NCBI RefSeq assembly: GCF_018350175.1
Contig: NC_058368.1
Coordinates: forward strand, 178,872,001-178,936,000
Reading direction: 5' to 3'
From: Felis catus
Lineage: Eukaryota
Length of the DNA: 64,000 bases
Shown one piece after another: positions 36,413 to 48,947 of this stretch (the stretch's first letter is position 1; every line of letters begins with the position of its first letter). A program made the translations under genes and the position numbers. The notes below the pieces were generated by a model. That model was not told where the DNA came from. It worked only from the letters and a program-made list of their open reading frames with translations, and did not search any database.

Positions 36413-39091
36413 ACACATGCTTAAATTCTAAACATTATGCTCAGCATGCTACACTTATTCTTGCTCTGTTGTTAGAGTTGATTAGCTAGCAAAGGTGAGA
36501 CATTCCCCTGATGTAAAGCGAGATTAGGCAATTCAATTTAATTCTGTTCAGTGCAGTTCAAGTCATTTCAATTACATTCAGTTCACTTTAATTTAATTCA
36601 ACAAGTCTTGATAGGTACCAAGAAATATGACAGTTTTTATGCTAGGGTGTGGAGAAATCAGTGATAAAAATTATCTACTTCCTGCCCTCAGGAGGTTCTC
36701 CATTTATAACCCCTCATGTTACAATGAATGACAATTGTAGGACATATGACTAAACTTACCTATGCTCATTAAATTGCAAATAGACAACTGGTTGACCTAA
36801 ACTGGACCTCGTTGCCATAACTCACCAGTGTAATGTATTGGGGTGTCTGATGACAGTTACAGAGGTTTAACTATTGGACAAGACCAGCGGAGGTGAATAA
36901 TGAGATGGTGATGAAGAATGTTGCGTCCAATGACTCACCCTCCATTATTGGTCCTCTCCAGTGATAGGAATTCTCCAATCCATATTGAGATTCTATCCTA
37001 GAATCTCATGTCCCTTTCCAACTGATAATTTCTCCCTTTTATTCTGTTCCATCTTAAATATATGAGATCTTAGCCTACTCACTTTCCCTAAGACGTGAGG
37101 TGAATATGAGATAAAAACGTTAAGACATATTATTGATGTCCTAAAGTGAGATTATCTATTACAAGAAGCAGAAGCAGTGACTTTCAGGTATCACCACTGA
37201 GCATATGTAAATACCTAGAGATATGGCTCTGAGTCCTCTAGCAGCTAAGGCAGAAGAAAAAGGAAGGATATCAATTTATACAGTTTTACCTTTCAGACAT
37301 GGAAAAGCAAGAACAGCTTTCTGCAGAAATGACATGATTTTCTTCTCTGTAAATGTATACTGGCAGAAATTTATCATGAATCCTTATAAAAGGACTTAAA
37401 CATCAAGTCAGAGGATCTCATAACTGGAAGGACTCTTTAAGGCCAACACTCGCCTTCAAACATGATGCCCTCTGCAGCATCCCCAATAAAAGATCCAATG
37501 ACCTCTGCTTTAATAACTTAAGAGAGAAATGCCCACATAATCAGGAATTCCCTTTTCCTGTAGACAGAATTGTTAGAAAGTTCTTTCTTATATTGGACTG
37601 TAAATGTTTTCCTTGTAATAGCAAGACACTGAACTAATTCTGCTTCTGGAGAAGATTTCCCTAAAATATTCCGAGAAGTTTATGCTTCTCATACACACCC
37701 ACTCCTGCTCACTGGAATATTCTGCAATGGCACCTAAATTTGCATATGTTGTCTCTGCCCTGTCCTTAGCTTAAATATTTTGGAAGTCAGTAATTTATTA
37801 CTGGACTCTATTTGATCTCGATTCTGGGAACCTGTGTCATTCCTTACCAAACGTACCATGAGCTGGTCATGCTGATAAAACACAATCATTTGAGGGACAC
37901 AAAGCATACTATATATTTTTTCCCTACTGTCTTAAGTATTTTTGGCAAAAGAGAGAAGTGTGAAAAGGTGAGAGCCCTTTACCCCGAGTCAATTATGAGG
38001 GTGACTGGGTGGCTGATAAATGACAGCCACTTCTGCATGAATAGCCTCTCTATTGCTAGGCATTGCTGGCACACCAGCTTTTTTTTTCCTGGCCTTAGTA
38101 CTTATTTAACAATCTTTCAGAGAACTCTGTGCCTAATATTGAATCTTAAAATGTGACATTGTTCATATAAAATGAATATTTAAACCACATGCTGCAAATT
38201 CATACCCCAAAAAAGGGGAAAAAAATATCCCCTTTGTCCTCTCTTTTAATAATAAAAAGGAGTGGGGGTGCTGAATGGAACAGCCACACTGCATGCGTAT
38301 AGAGAGCTATAAATTGAATGTGTACACCAGGATTTCAACAAGAACCTTTTACACTGTCAGCACTGTTATTCGAAAGATGGGTTTTTTTTGGACTTTCTGT
38401 TTGCCCTGCTCTTGCTTGCCCACCTCTGGGGCTTTTCATTGCCCTTAGAAATCCAAACTTAGATGGGGAAGGCAAGCAAAGATGGTGTCTAACAGTCTTA
38501 GAGCCTCGTCATTAACAACAGACAACAGGTGTGAGCCTGGTAGGTTCCTTTTCCAGCAAAGCAAAGCTTCCAGATCATCTGTGTGTCCCTTTCATCAGGA
38601 CTCCTTCCCCATCATGAGGGCAGATAATCAAGTTCACTAAGAACTGTGCTTTATTCATGTATGTGCATGTTTGGATATCATGTTTCCCATATGCACATCC
38701 GTTCACTCTGTTCTGGGAGAATATCCACCAGGTGAATTTTAAATGTGCCTGTGCTGCTTTAGTTTTCAAGAGCACAGTGCCTCGGTGTATAGTTGAGGTG
38801 AGCTGGCAGGGAGGGCCTCTCTGGCACCGTGCTCACTCAAGGTAGATTTTGCAGTAGAAACCGCCCCCTTCTGCTGATGAGCTCAGTGTGTCTTTGTAAG
38901 CAGGCCTGTTTAAGGAAATACTAAATACCCACAAGCTGGGGGGTGTTAAGGGGGTGAGGAGGAACAGCCGCAGTAACTGGAACTCAACCGACCCTAGAGC
39001 TAACAGGGCCATGAACAGATCAGGAACCTGGGAAGGTCAAAGCTCTTCACCCCACAAAACCAGGTCCATCTGGAAAATGACCCAGAACAAT

Positions 39092-40024
39092 CTTGACAAT
39101 GAATTGAATCCATTTAGCTATCTCTGAGAAAGACTGCATTTGTTCTCTTCTTTGCCAGAGTCTGGAAAATCCAGAAGGATTCCCAAGTGTTCCTGAGCCT
39201 TCCTAGTGCATTGCCTCTGCTGTTCCATTAGTAGAAATGAAGTCCTGATGTTTTCATTCACTGACTGTCCAGCAGTGGAAAGAGGTCCAGGTCCACCTGT
39301 GATCTTATACCTCTGAGTCTCAGTTTTCCCATACTTATCCTCACAGGGCTGTGAAAAGGACAAAATAAACATTACATTGAAATAATAATAATAATACCTA
39401 ACATTGCTTGAGTCCTTATTATACGTCAGGCAATGTGTTAAGTTTTTCTATCTCTTGTCTCATTTAACCCTCACAACAATCCCATGAGGTAGAAACTCTT
39501 GCTGTGGCCCCACGATATGGATGTAGAAACTGGGACTCAGAGCAGTTAAGTAACTGGCTAAAGGTCACACAGCCAAATAGTACTGATGGTGCCCACTTTC
39601 ACTCATTCATTTATTCACCACCATTTATTGAATGCTTGCTACACACCAGACACTGAGAAGCAAAACCCCACATAGGCCTTGCCCTCGTGGCTCTTATAGT
39701 CTTGTTACTGGAACACCCAAGTGCAGATTAAATGGAGGTGGAATAGAATCCCAAATTCTGCTCAACTCAGTGGTCCCCAGATCAAACCCTCTGGAACAAG
39801 CCTTGCCTGGTGCTGATGATCAAAACATGCTTAGGGTGACACTGCTGGTTCTATAGATCATCCAGGGACAGAAACCAGGCATATTGGCCAAGGCAGAAAG
39901 GTCTTGTGAGTTTCTTTGCGTGAAGCATTCCCAGAGTTATAGGTCTGAAAGAAACCTTGAGAATGAATTGAATCCATTTCTCTACCTCTGAGAAAGACTG
40001 CATTTGCTCTCTTCTTTGCCAGAG
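39092..40024 (+). repeat. Spaced 69-bp direct repeat (39092-39160 and 39956-40024)
   Basis: Manual alignment gives 64/69 identical with no gaps. Confidence 0.93.
39385..39580 (-). mobile_element. MIR
   Basis: tctcatttaaccctcacaacaatcccatgaggtag...gaaactgggactcagagcagttaagtaact...aaggtcacacagc. Confidence 0.85.
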
Positions 40025-41512
40025 AGATTTAGCCAGGGAAACTCACTTTAAAAACCTGGCTAAACAGAGTCTGTGTTTACAAACAGGTGAGTTTAAGGGC
40101 ATTCCAGTGCCTTTAAATAGTGAGCACTCCTGGTGCATTTTAAATGGGATTGATTCAATGCATTTTCTTAGCACACAGCTTTTCAGGAATGCAAAATACA
40201 CCTGTGCCCAGCATCTTAAGGCTTCTAAAAGGTAGATGATGCTTTTCTCCTTGTTTGGATACATGCTTACCTCTTAAAGCATTTGTATAGAAGTCCTTCT
40301 TTAAACCTAACTGGCATCCCACCTGAGATACTGAAGGTATCGGCCATACTCTTTCTAACACAACTGAAGAGAGGGGGACTTGAGGAAAGAGGGTGGATTG
40401 GGGCAGATCACAGCCTTGCGTTGAGGACTCCTGTGAGATCTGGGGCAGTCTGTTGGGTTAATAACATCACTTGTGGTTGAACCATTTCCCTAATTCTGTT
40501 CTAGCTGTTCCCAGACATGCAGTCCATTTCTGAAAACCTTTCTCTTGGAGATACTTAATGCAGCATCTGTCATTTTTGCCATGAAACCTAGCACCTGTTC
40601 AACCAGGATGGATCATACAGGTCATCAAGCCATTCCCTTGCAGGACAGAGGAGGAAGCTGAGGCTTTGGGAAGTTGGCCAAGAATGTGCAGCAAATTTGT
40701 GGCAAAACTGGGAGGACCATCCAGACTCCAGACCATAACCCAGTCAGTGCCCTGCCCTTTGAAGATCCAAGTCCTCCCCACCCTCACCTAACTCTTTGTC
40801 TCTCTACTGGACACTGTCCAGAGCAGTGTCTTGTTCTTTCTTAGGACTCCCACAGCCCAGGTATAGGCACATTAGTTGCCTAAGACACATCTGCCTTGCT
40901 TAGACTTGAGCAGGCAAGACCAGGCAAGACCACCTTGGCCACGAGACATGAAGAGCCTCTGTACAGTACCTGTTCATAAATACACTGTTTGTAAATAGAC
41001 TTCGCTTAACCAGGTTTTTACAACAAGGTCCTCTGGCTGAATATGTCTATTGAAGAAGACTATAAATGCAGTCTTCCTTCCTTCCTTCTTCACATGCTTA
41101 TTGAATATACTCAGTTATGTGTTGGAGCCCAGAGCCCTCCCACTGGAAAGAAATGCCCATTACTCTCTGCATGCCCTGGCACTGTCCAGATGACCTTCTG
41201 TCCCCAGTGGTCCTGAGCAGGGGCATTTCCCCTTCTTCTCCTCCCGGACTACTTTGAGCCCTAAGTAAATGGAGAAGGCTGGCATTCTCACCTCCTCTGG
41301 GAATGTGCAACTCCCCAGCTTTCCATCATTCCTGAATCTCTGCAAGGCTCAGGAGGGCACAAAAGTGCTTAGCTCTACCCAGGTTTGCTCTCGGTTGGTG
41401 GCAGCCTACAATCACCCTTCCACTCCCTCAAACTCCCCTCTTGGAGATTTGCCAGTCACAGGAGGCACTGCCTGCATTTGATTTCTAATGCCTCTGCTAA
41501 GTTGTTTTCCCT

Positions 41513-41713
41513 TAAGATTTTTTTAAATGTTTATTTATTTTTGAGAGAGACAGACAGACAGAGTGTGAACAGGGGAGGGGCAGAGAGAGAGGGAAACACA
41601 AAAACTGAAGCAGGCTCCAGGCTCTGAGCTGTCAGCACAGAGTCTGATGCAGGGTTCAAACTCACAAACTGAGCTGAACTTGGACACAACCTACTGAGCC
41701 ACCCAGGTGCCCC
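41513..41713 (-). mobile_element. Can-SINE, older, with a small internal deletion
   Basis: SINE body lacking the usual gagatcatgacc segment. Residual TSD ctgctaagtt at 41494-41503 and 41718-41727. Confidence 0.93.
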
Positions 41714-42202
41714 ACCCCTGCTAAGTTTAACAACTGGAGAAAATACCTGCTTGTATTTCGCGACAGTTCCCTAGCTGGTGGTCCAAGTCACTACTGATTT
41801 AGTCATTGGGTTGCATACATGTACAGCCCACATAGACCCATCAGAACCTTTCCTGGCATCAGTGACCTTGACCACTCATGTAGTCACTTCCCTTGACCTT
41901 GGGGGTCACCCTTGAAGATGTCTAAAAACCAAGGACTCTGCATCTGGGGATCAACTATCTTTTGGGCAAGTCACTACCCTCCTTGGACCTCAGTTTTCCC
42001 ATTTATAAAATGGGAGAACAGGTATAGATGAGTCCACGGGTCCTTTCTGAGGCCAAGTGTCATCTGACTGCTGAGCCACAGCTGTGGGAAGGGAGGTTAG
42101 AAGGGTCTTGCTGGCTACCAGTTGACAACCTGTCATAATTAACCTTGACTAAGGCCTGAAAAAAATCTTTTCTGTTTCAAAATGTAAAAATAAAATTATA
42201 TA

Positions 42203-42607
42203 GATGGACATTTGGGCTCTTTCCATACTTTGGCTGTTGTTGATAGTGCTGCTATAAACATGGGGGTGCATGTATCCCTTCAAAACAGCACACCTGTATC
42301 CCCTGGATAAATGCCTAGTAGTGCAATTGCTGGGTCGTAGGGTAGTTCTTTTTTAAAGTTTTTTAAGGAACCTCCATACTGTTTTCCAGAGTGGTTGCAC
42401 CATCTTGCATTGCCACCAACAATGCAAAAGAGATCCTCTTTCTCTGCATCTTCGCCAATATCCATTGTTGCCTGAGTTGTTAATGTTAGCCATTCTGACA
42501 GGTCTAAGGTGGTATCTCAGTGTGGTTTTGATTTGTATTTCCCTGATGATGAGTGATGTTGAGCATTTTTTCATGTGTCGGTTGGCCATCTGGATGTCTC
42601 CTTTGGA
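42203..42607 (-). mobile_element. L1, inverted 5' segment (ORF2 C-terminal region)
   Basis: ORF 42353..42676(-) contains [34 protein letters not shown]...[16 protein letters not shown], matching the L1 ORF2p C-terminal cysteine-rich region. Confidence 0.95.
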
Positions 42608-42635
42608 GATGGATGAATGGATAAAGAAGATGTGG

Positions 42636-42679
<44 letters not shown>

Positions 42680-43063
42680 GGAGTATTACTTGGCAATCCA
42701 AAAGAATGAAATCTTGCCATTTGCAACTACGTAGATGGAACTGGAGGGTATTATGCTAAGTGAAATTAGTCAGAGAAAGACAAAAATCATATGACTTCAC
42801 TCAAAAGAGACTTTAAGAGACAAAACAGATGAACATAAGGGAAGGGAAACAAAAATAATATAAAAACAGGGAGGGGGACAAAACAGAAGAGACTCATAAA
42901 TATGGAGAACAAACTGAGGGTTACTGTGGGAAGGGGGGATGGGCTAAATGGGTAAGGGGCACTAAGGAATCTACCCCTGAAATCATTGTTGCACTATATG
43001 CTAACTAATTTGGATATAAATTTAAAAAAAATAAAAAATAAAACAAGTTAAAATTTAAAAAAA
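42608..43063 (+). mobile_element. L1, sense 3' segment (ORF2 end, 3' UTR, A-rich tail) of the same insertion
   Basis: gatggatgaatggataaagaagatgtgg...gaatgaaatcttgccatttgcaac...atgctaagtgaaattagtcag, a carnivore-type 3' UTR and A tail, with an internal (AC)n at ~42639-42677. Confidence 0.95.
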
Positions 43064-43446
43064 GAAAATTACAAATCAAAACGAGGAAGTGTTTAATTGA
43101 ATGTTTACACATTAGTAAATGCCATTAATTGTTAAATTTGGTGTTCATAAAAACTTTCATTATATTTAAAAACAATTTGTTCCTTAGGATTTCTCACTTT
43201 GAGAGAATGTTAAAAATATGCCTGGTGACTGCTGAGGGCTAATAGCCATGAGTTACAGCCAAATGCTTTCAACAGCCAAATCATAAAGAAATCCCTTTTA
43301 AATATTTCACAGCAAAAAAAAAAAATACTAAGGTGGAATGTGGGTAACTTTCAATGTGTTTGAGAAGATGTAAAGTAAAATCTCCAAAAATAAGAATGCC
43401 TAGAGCCTTTGAAAATCTTAACACTGTATGAGTACCATACCAAGAA

Positions 43447-43675
43447 CTAATATTTATTAAGCACTTACTCTGGCCAGCCTCGTTTTCTGAGCCTTTTGCA
43501 TGTATTAGCTCATTTAATCCTTGAGACCATCTTTGAGTTAGGTACTGTGCCCATGTTATAGGTGAGGAGACTGACGCAGAGGTAAGTAGCAACCTTCCCA
43601 AGGACACCAGTTAGTTACCAGCACAGCTCAGGCAGGAAACCCCTGTTCCAGGCCCACGCTTGTAGCCACTCTACT
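43447..43675 (-). mobile_element. MIR
   Basis: atttattaagcacttact...attagctcatttaatcct...gaggagactgacgcagagg. Confidence 0.8.
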
Positions 43676-45362
43676 GTACAAGATGCCTGGTGACCCTGGG
43701 TGTTTCCAGAGGAGAAAACAAATGCTGGCAGTGTGAGAAGGAAGGGATGCATGGCTCTACAAATTAGGAGTGCAATTTATGTGGCATCAAAAGACTCCAT
43801 CCCTGCTCAGCCCAGCTGCTTGCTGCTATCTCCCCCGTGGTGTTCTTCCGCCCTCAACATCTCCTCTCTAGCTCACTCTCAGCCCCACCGCATGCTATTG
43901 GTAACACAAAAAATAGTTTTTCTTAAAAAGAGCTGATACCCATTGACAGCTCCATCAGCATGTTATATAGTAGTTAATCTCATTCAATCTGCACAACAAA
44001 CTTCATTTTATGAACAAGGGATTTGGAATTTAGAGACTTGAAATAATTTGCCCATGGTCACATAGCTCTCAGAAGCAATGGAAGCTAGGACTTACACTCT
44101 GGTTTTATTCAAAAGCCTAAACTCTCTTTTATAATAGGAATATATATGTATTGTTCAAACAATTCCATTAATAAGTATCATGAATAAAAAGTGAAGCCCT
44201 CCTTTTCCCACAACCAATCTACTCTTCTCTCTCTGATCCCCTCTCCCTATGTGTCCACTGTTCATAGTTTAGTGGGCATCCTTCCAGACTTTTGCTGTAT
44301 ATTTAAATATCTTCTTAGATATCTATCCATGTACCCCTTCCTTCCTCACTTATTTATTCTGGCTTCACTCTCTACATGTGGCAACTCCCAGGATGGAAAA
44401 AGCAATGACAGTGCCTTAATAGTCATGTCAAAATTCCAAAGGAAAGGCTGACCAGAGCCCTTATATACATCCATGGGACGAGGAAAAGCTTTTAACCCTT
44501 TTACAAAGTTTCTTTGGCTAACCCACCAGTCTTGTCACTCCTGCCTGGTCTCATGTGCTGAAATAGCACACTACCTTTTCAGCCTGGGAGGTCTCTGGGC
44601 TCAGCTGGCTCAGATCCCACCTGTGGGGATCTTTGAGAAGAACAGGGCATCTGCATTAGACTCATGGTAAAACTCTGACTCACTGCTGCTTCTCTGTCCT
44701 TTGCTCAAAGGGGAATCACAATCAGAATTATCCAGAAAAGAGAATCAGGCAATAGACTGAATTACGTGGGGACAGGGTCATGCTACACTGGTTTTTGCAT
44801 ACTCAACGCCAGCAGAGAATTAAGTACACAGTAGGTACTAAATAAATTGTCAAATGAGTAAGTCTGTAGAATAAGAACAGGGTCTCTTCCCAGTGTTGCA
44901 TGCAGAAAAGCTCTGTTACAGTGAATTTTTTATTTGAAAAAATGACAGAGTTTTAGGCCTCTGGTGGATTGTTTTCTCTTTTATTTTCATAGTCACAGTT
45001 CGGGGGCAAAGAAAAGCCTCTATCTCTCTGAAATAGTAGGAGATGCCCATGGGGTTTGGGTAGCTTAAAATACAAGGCTCTCTTACACATGTTGTAACGA
45101 TAGGAATATTTAACAATGACATCGACAATGTCATCTGTGCAAAAGAGGTGATTTCCTGGCTGAGAGATCCTCAAGACAACACTGTGCCTAAGAGTGGGCA
45201 GTCTGTGAGTTCAGGGCTCTGGTTCTGGTGCCTGCTTCTTGGCTGTGTTATCTTGGACAAGGTACTTAACTTTTCTGTTTCCTAGTTTCATCATGTGTAA
45301 AATGGTTATGATAATAGGACCTGCCTCATTCAGCGTATAGACAAGCACAGTGTTTGATGTAC

Positions 45363-45390
<28 letters not shown>
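45363..45390. repeat. (GT)n microsatellite
   Basis: Directly visible. Confidence 0.95.
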
Positions 45391-45394
<4 letters not shown>

Positions 45395-45875
45395 GTCTAG
45401 ACCCTCATCATTATGCTATTCTTAATATCTAAGAACTTGATTTCTATCGACAACCAGCTGTCGAATGACTGAAGAATGCACTGTAGAGCAGGGTGAGATG
45501 CTGAAATAGATGTTCCATCTAAGGCATCTGAGTCCCCAGTGTTGGGCAGGCGGCACATGGCAACCTTTCTAGGTGAGTTAGCCAAGTGTTCCTAATTGAG
45601 AAGCATAAGTGGGGAAGGGGGAAGGAGCTCTAAACTTTTATCCATAAGATCTGGATTCAAGTCCCAAATTTGCCATTTATCATCTTAAGTGGAAACATTA
45701 AGAAATCTTCTCTATATGGGGCCCCCGCGCAGCTTTAGAAAGAATATCCATGGAATACAGAGAGAGATTCAAACAAGAGACTCAAAGAATGTGAGCCAGA
45801 AGGGCCTCTAATACTGTCCAAGCTAGGGGTGGTAAGACCCAGAGTCTTCCCATTTTTTATAAAGTCAGTGTAATA

Positions 45876-46002
45876 GGGGAACCTGGGTGGCTCAATCGGT
45901 TGAGCATCTGACCTTGGCTCAGGGCATGATCTCATGGTTCATGAGGTCAAGCCCCACATCAGACTCCTTGCTGTCAGCACAGAGCCCACTTCAGATCTTA
46001 TG

Positions 46003-46048
<46 letters not shown>

Positions 46049-46099
46049 CCTTCCCTGCTCACGCTCTCACTTATAAAAAAGAATAAACATTAAAAAAAA
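45876..46099 (+). mobile_element. Can-SINE, older, with expanded (CT)n
   Basis: GGGGAACCTGGGTGGCTCAATCGGTTGAGC head, long (CT)n and AATAAA/A tail. Degenerate TSD aagtcagtgtaata / aagtgggtataata. Confidence 0.93.
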
Positions 46100-46935
46100 G
46101 AAGTGGGTATAATAAACACTCCCCTTTCCTCTTACTTCTACTGTACCCCTGCAAGAGTCATGATAAATGAGGCCAGCAGGGGAGACAAGAGGGAATGGTT
46201 TGGACTGTGCTCAGCTAAAGCCGGCAGCTCTTATCAGCTTTAGCCGATCATCACCATGTCCGGCAGACCTAGCCAAGCCAGCTAGTCTGACTTTTTGGCA
46301 GCTGGAAATCTTGATGATCACATAAAACCTCCCAAATTTTATATATTCCCCTCTAACTCAGAATTAATTTTATAATTTTGAATGGGCCAGCACCATGAGG
46401 ACATCCAAACACTGTGTGCCAGTCGCCCCATGGGCTGTGTTTGACCTCCAGTCCAGTCCAGGAGGCCGAGCCTACAAAGCCAGACCCTGAAGCACAGATC
46501 CCACAAGGAGCCTGCTTAAGCTGGTGGTTAGTCATACAGAGGCAGGGATGGGATCTGATCCTGATACTCCAGCCAATCATAAGAGATCAAATAATGCTAT
46601 GACAGAATGTCACTGTTATAGGGAATAATGACAAAGTGCCTGAAAAAACACAACACTAAAAAAAATAGTTCCTAGGTGAAAATAGCATATCTGAGGCTTT
46701 CTGTCATATGGAAAACCCACAGCAAAATCCAGGGCCAAGAACCAAAACCAAAATAGAAACATATAACCCTCAGTGAAGGATTCTTCTGCCATAAGACAGA
46801 GCTATATTGTGTGACCCCAAACTCAAGCCTCTCAATCCTGGTCACAGAGCGATCTCCACTCCTGTTTGGCCAGATTTTTCTTCTGAAAGCTTCTGTTGCT
46901 TGAAAGTCTGAAAAGGCCGTTGTGCTGAGATCATA

Positions 46936-47165
46936 CTAATATTTATTGAGCTCTTAGTACATGCCTGATGCCGCCTAAGTTCTTTGCATATGTCAGTGCA
47001 CTTAATCCTCAAAACCCTGTGAGGAGGGCTTACTTGTTCCCCTATGAGGAAATTGAGGCCCAGAAAGGTTAATAACATCCCCCAAAAGCTCAGAGCTAGA
47101 AAAAAGCAGCTCTGGGGTTAGAATTCAGACAGGCTGGCTCCAGAATCCAAGCTTTTAGCTACTGC
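46936..47165 (-). mobile_element. MIR
   Basis: atttattgagc...cttaatcctcaaaaccctgtgag...gaggaaattgaggcccagaaaggttaa...ggctccagaatcc. Many further degraded MIRs occur throughout the window and are not listed individually. Confidence 0.8.
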
Positions 47166-48666
47166 CCATAAGGGTTCCTGCTTAATCTTATGGTACCAGA
47201 ACACACAGAGGGCAAGGATGCCCCCAGCTACTGAGAACATTGCAAGACGGGCTACAGGATTTAGTTTGGCTGTACCCTGAGCGTTCCTCAGAACAGAGGG
47301 TACCAGATCCCCTATTGAGCAGTATCTATGGGGGACAGACCTTCCTCCCTTGTGACTTTTATTTCGTCTAGTGAATGTGAATTCTGCCAGAGGACCATCT
47401 AAACCAGTATTCACACTAAAAGAAAATCAGAAAAGGAGGGTTACTTGCTAAGTGATAGGAGGATGTATGTATATTCAAGTCTATTTGCATTCCTCGTTTC
47501 AAAAATGAGACCTCTAGCTTTTTTATCAAGAAGTCTTAAATGACGGGGTGATATGATATCCTGCTCTATCGGCTCCTTTAATTAAATGAACTCTGAAAAG
47601 TTACACCTCTGTGTACACTCAGAAACTCCCCTACCCTGTTCCCTTTTGATCTCTGTAATTTATTTTAAAGATCACATTGAACATGTTATTTGCTCTGGGG
47701 CCATGGCCCAAAGAAATCAAATTCTAACCTGATCATAGCAATCCATTCCATGTCACTCCAGTCATTAAAAAGCTGCCACACACCCCCACCCCCAGTTACC
47801 ACTGCCTCTGAATCAAGTATAAATTCAGTCTGGAGTTTCAGGCTCCAGACACCTTTCCAAGTTATTTTCCACTTTTCATTGACTGATTCTCCTGCCTTTC
47901 AACTAAACTGGGCTACTGGTTGTTATCTCTTTCATGGGATATCTTAGAAACCATCCCTTCAAGCAGCACAATTACACGTGGACTGAATTTTCTCATTTTG
48001 GGGGTCTCCATGAGGCTTCCCAGCCATCTGTACCTGTAATTCTGCCCATGTTGGAATCTGCATTGTCTTGATCTCCCTCTTGAGAAGTATAAGCAACAGG
48101 AGGGCAAAAAAATTATATCTTCAGTGATTCCCTGTCACATTTTACACATAGTAGGTATTCAGCAAATGTTTCTAAAATTGAATTAGTCATCTGGGGAACT
48201 GATGCATGAATGGAATAGTCTTGGATTTTGTGTTTACATTCAAGACAATACTGAGGGAACCCTACCACTGAGTTATACACCTCTATCCACATGCTCTGGT
48301 TTTCACTGAATAACAATCCTCTCTGTTAGGGATCACAGTTCTAAGTAGAAAGGGCACTCAGTGGCTTCTCTTACATCTCTGTAACTGGATGAATGTAAAA
48401 ATAGTATGGAGATATTCTTTTAATTTGGTAACTTAACAAGTCCTTGCAATGCCTGCCTTATGCTGAACAGTGCTTTTGGCATGTGGGAGACACAAATGAG
48501 TAACCAGGTGCTGGTCACTGGGGAGTTCCTGGTCAGCATAGGAAACAAACTGCCCTAAAGGTCTGGCCCTGGGTGGGTGGCCTAAATTATCTGTGGAATG
48601 AAGGAGTAAGGTAGAGGAGAAGGGACGGAGGGACAAAGAGAAAGAGAGACCTAGAAAGAATATATA

Positions 48667-48856
48667 AGGAACGTCTGTGTAGCTCAGTCAGTTAAGCCTC
48701 CGAGTCTTGATTTTGGCTCAGGTCATGATCTCATGGTTTGTGAGACAGAGCCCCACATTGGGCTCTGTGCTGACAGCACAGAGCCTGCTTGGGATTCTCT
48801 CTCCCTTCCTCCCTCCCTCTCTCTTTCTCTCTCAAAATAAATAAACTTAAAAAAAA
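48667..48856 (+). mobile_element. Can-SINE, older subfamily
   Basis: gtagctcagtcagttaagc...gagtcttgattttggctcaggtcatgatctc...gagcctgcttgggattctctctc...aaaataaataaac. Confidence 0.9.
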
Positions 48857-48897
48857 TATATGAATGTACATGTGTCTGTATATGTGTGTGGGTGCAT

Positions 48898-48946
<49 letters not shown>
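48898..48946. repeat. (GATA)n microsatellite
   Basis: Directly visible, about 12 units. Confidence 0.97.

Positions 48947-48947
<1 letters not shown>

Noticed and set aside
36530..36602. (ATTCA)-like pentamer array
   Set aside because: Degenerate simple repeat adjoining an antisense L2 end; not a CRISPR-like or satellite array.
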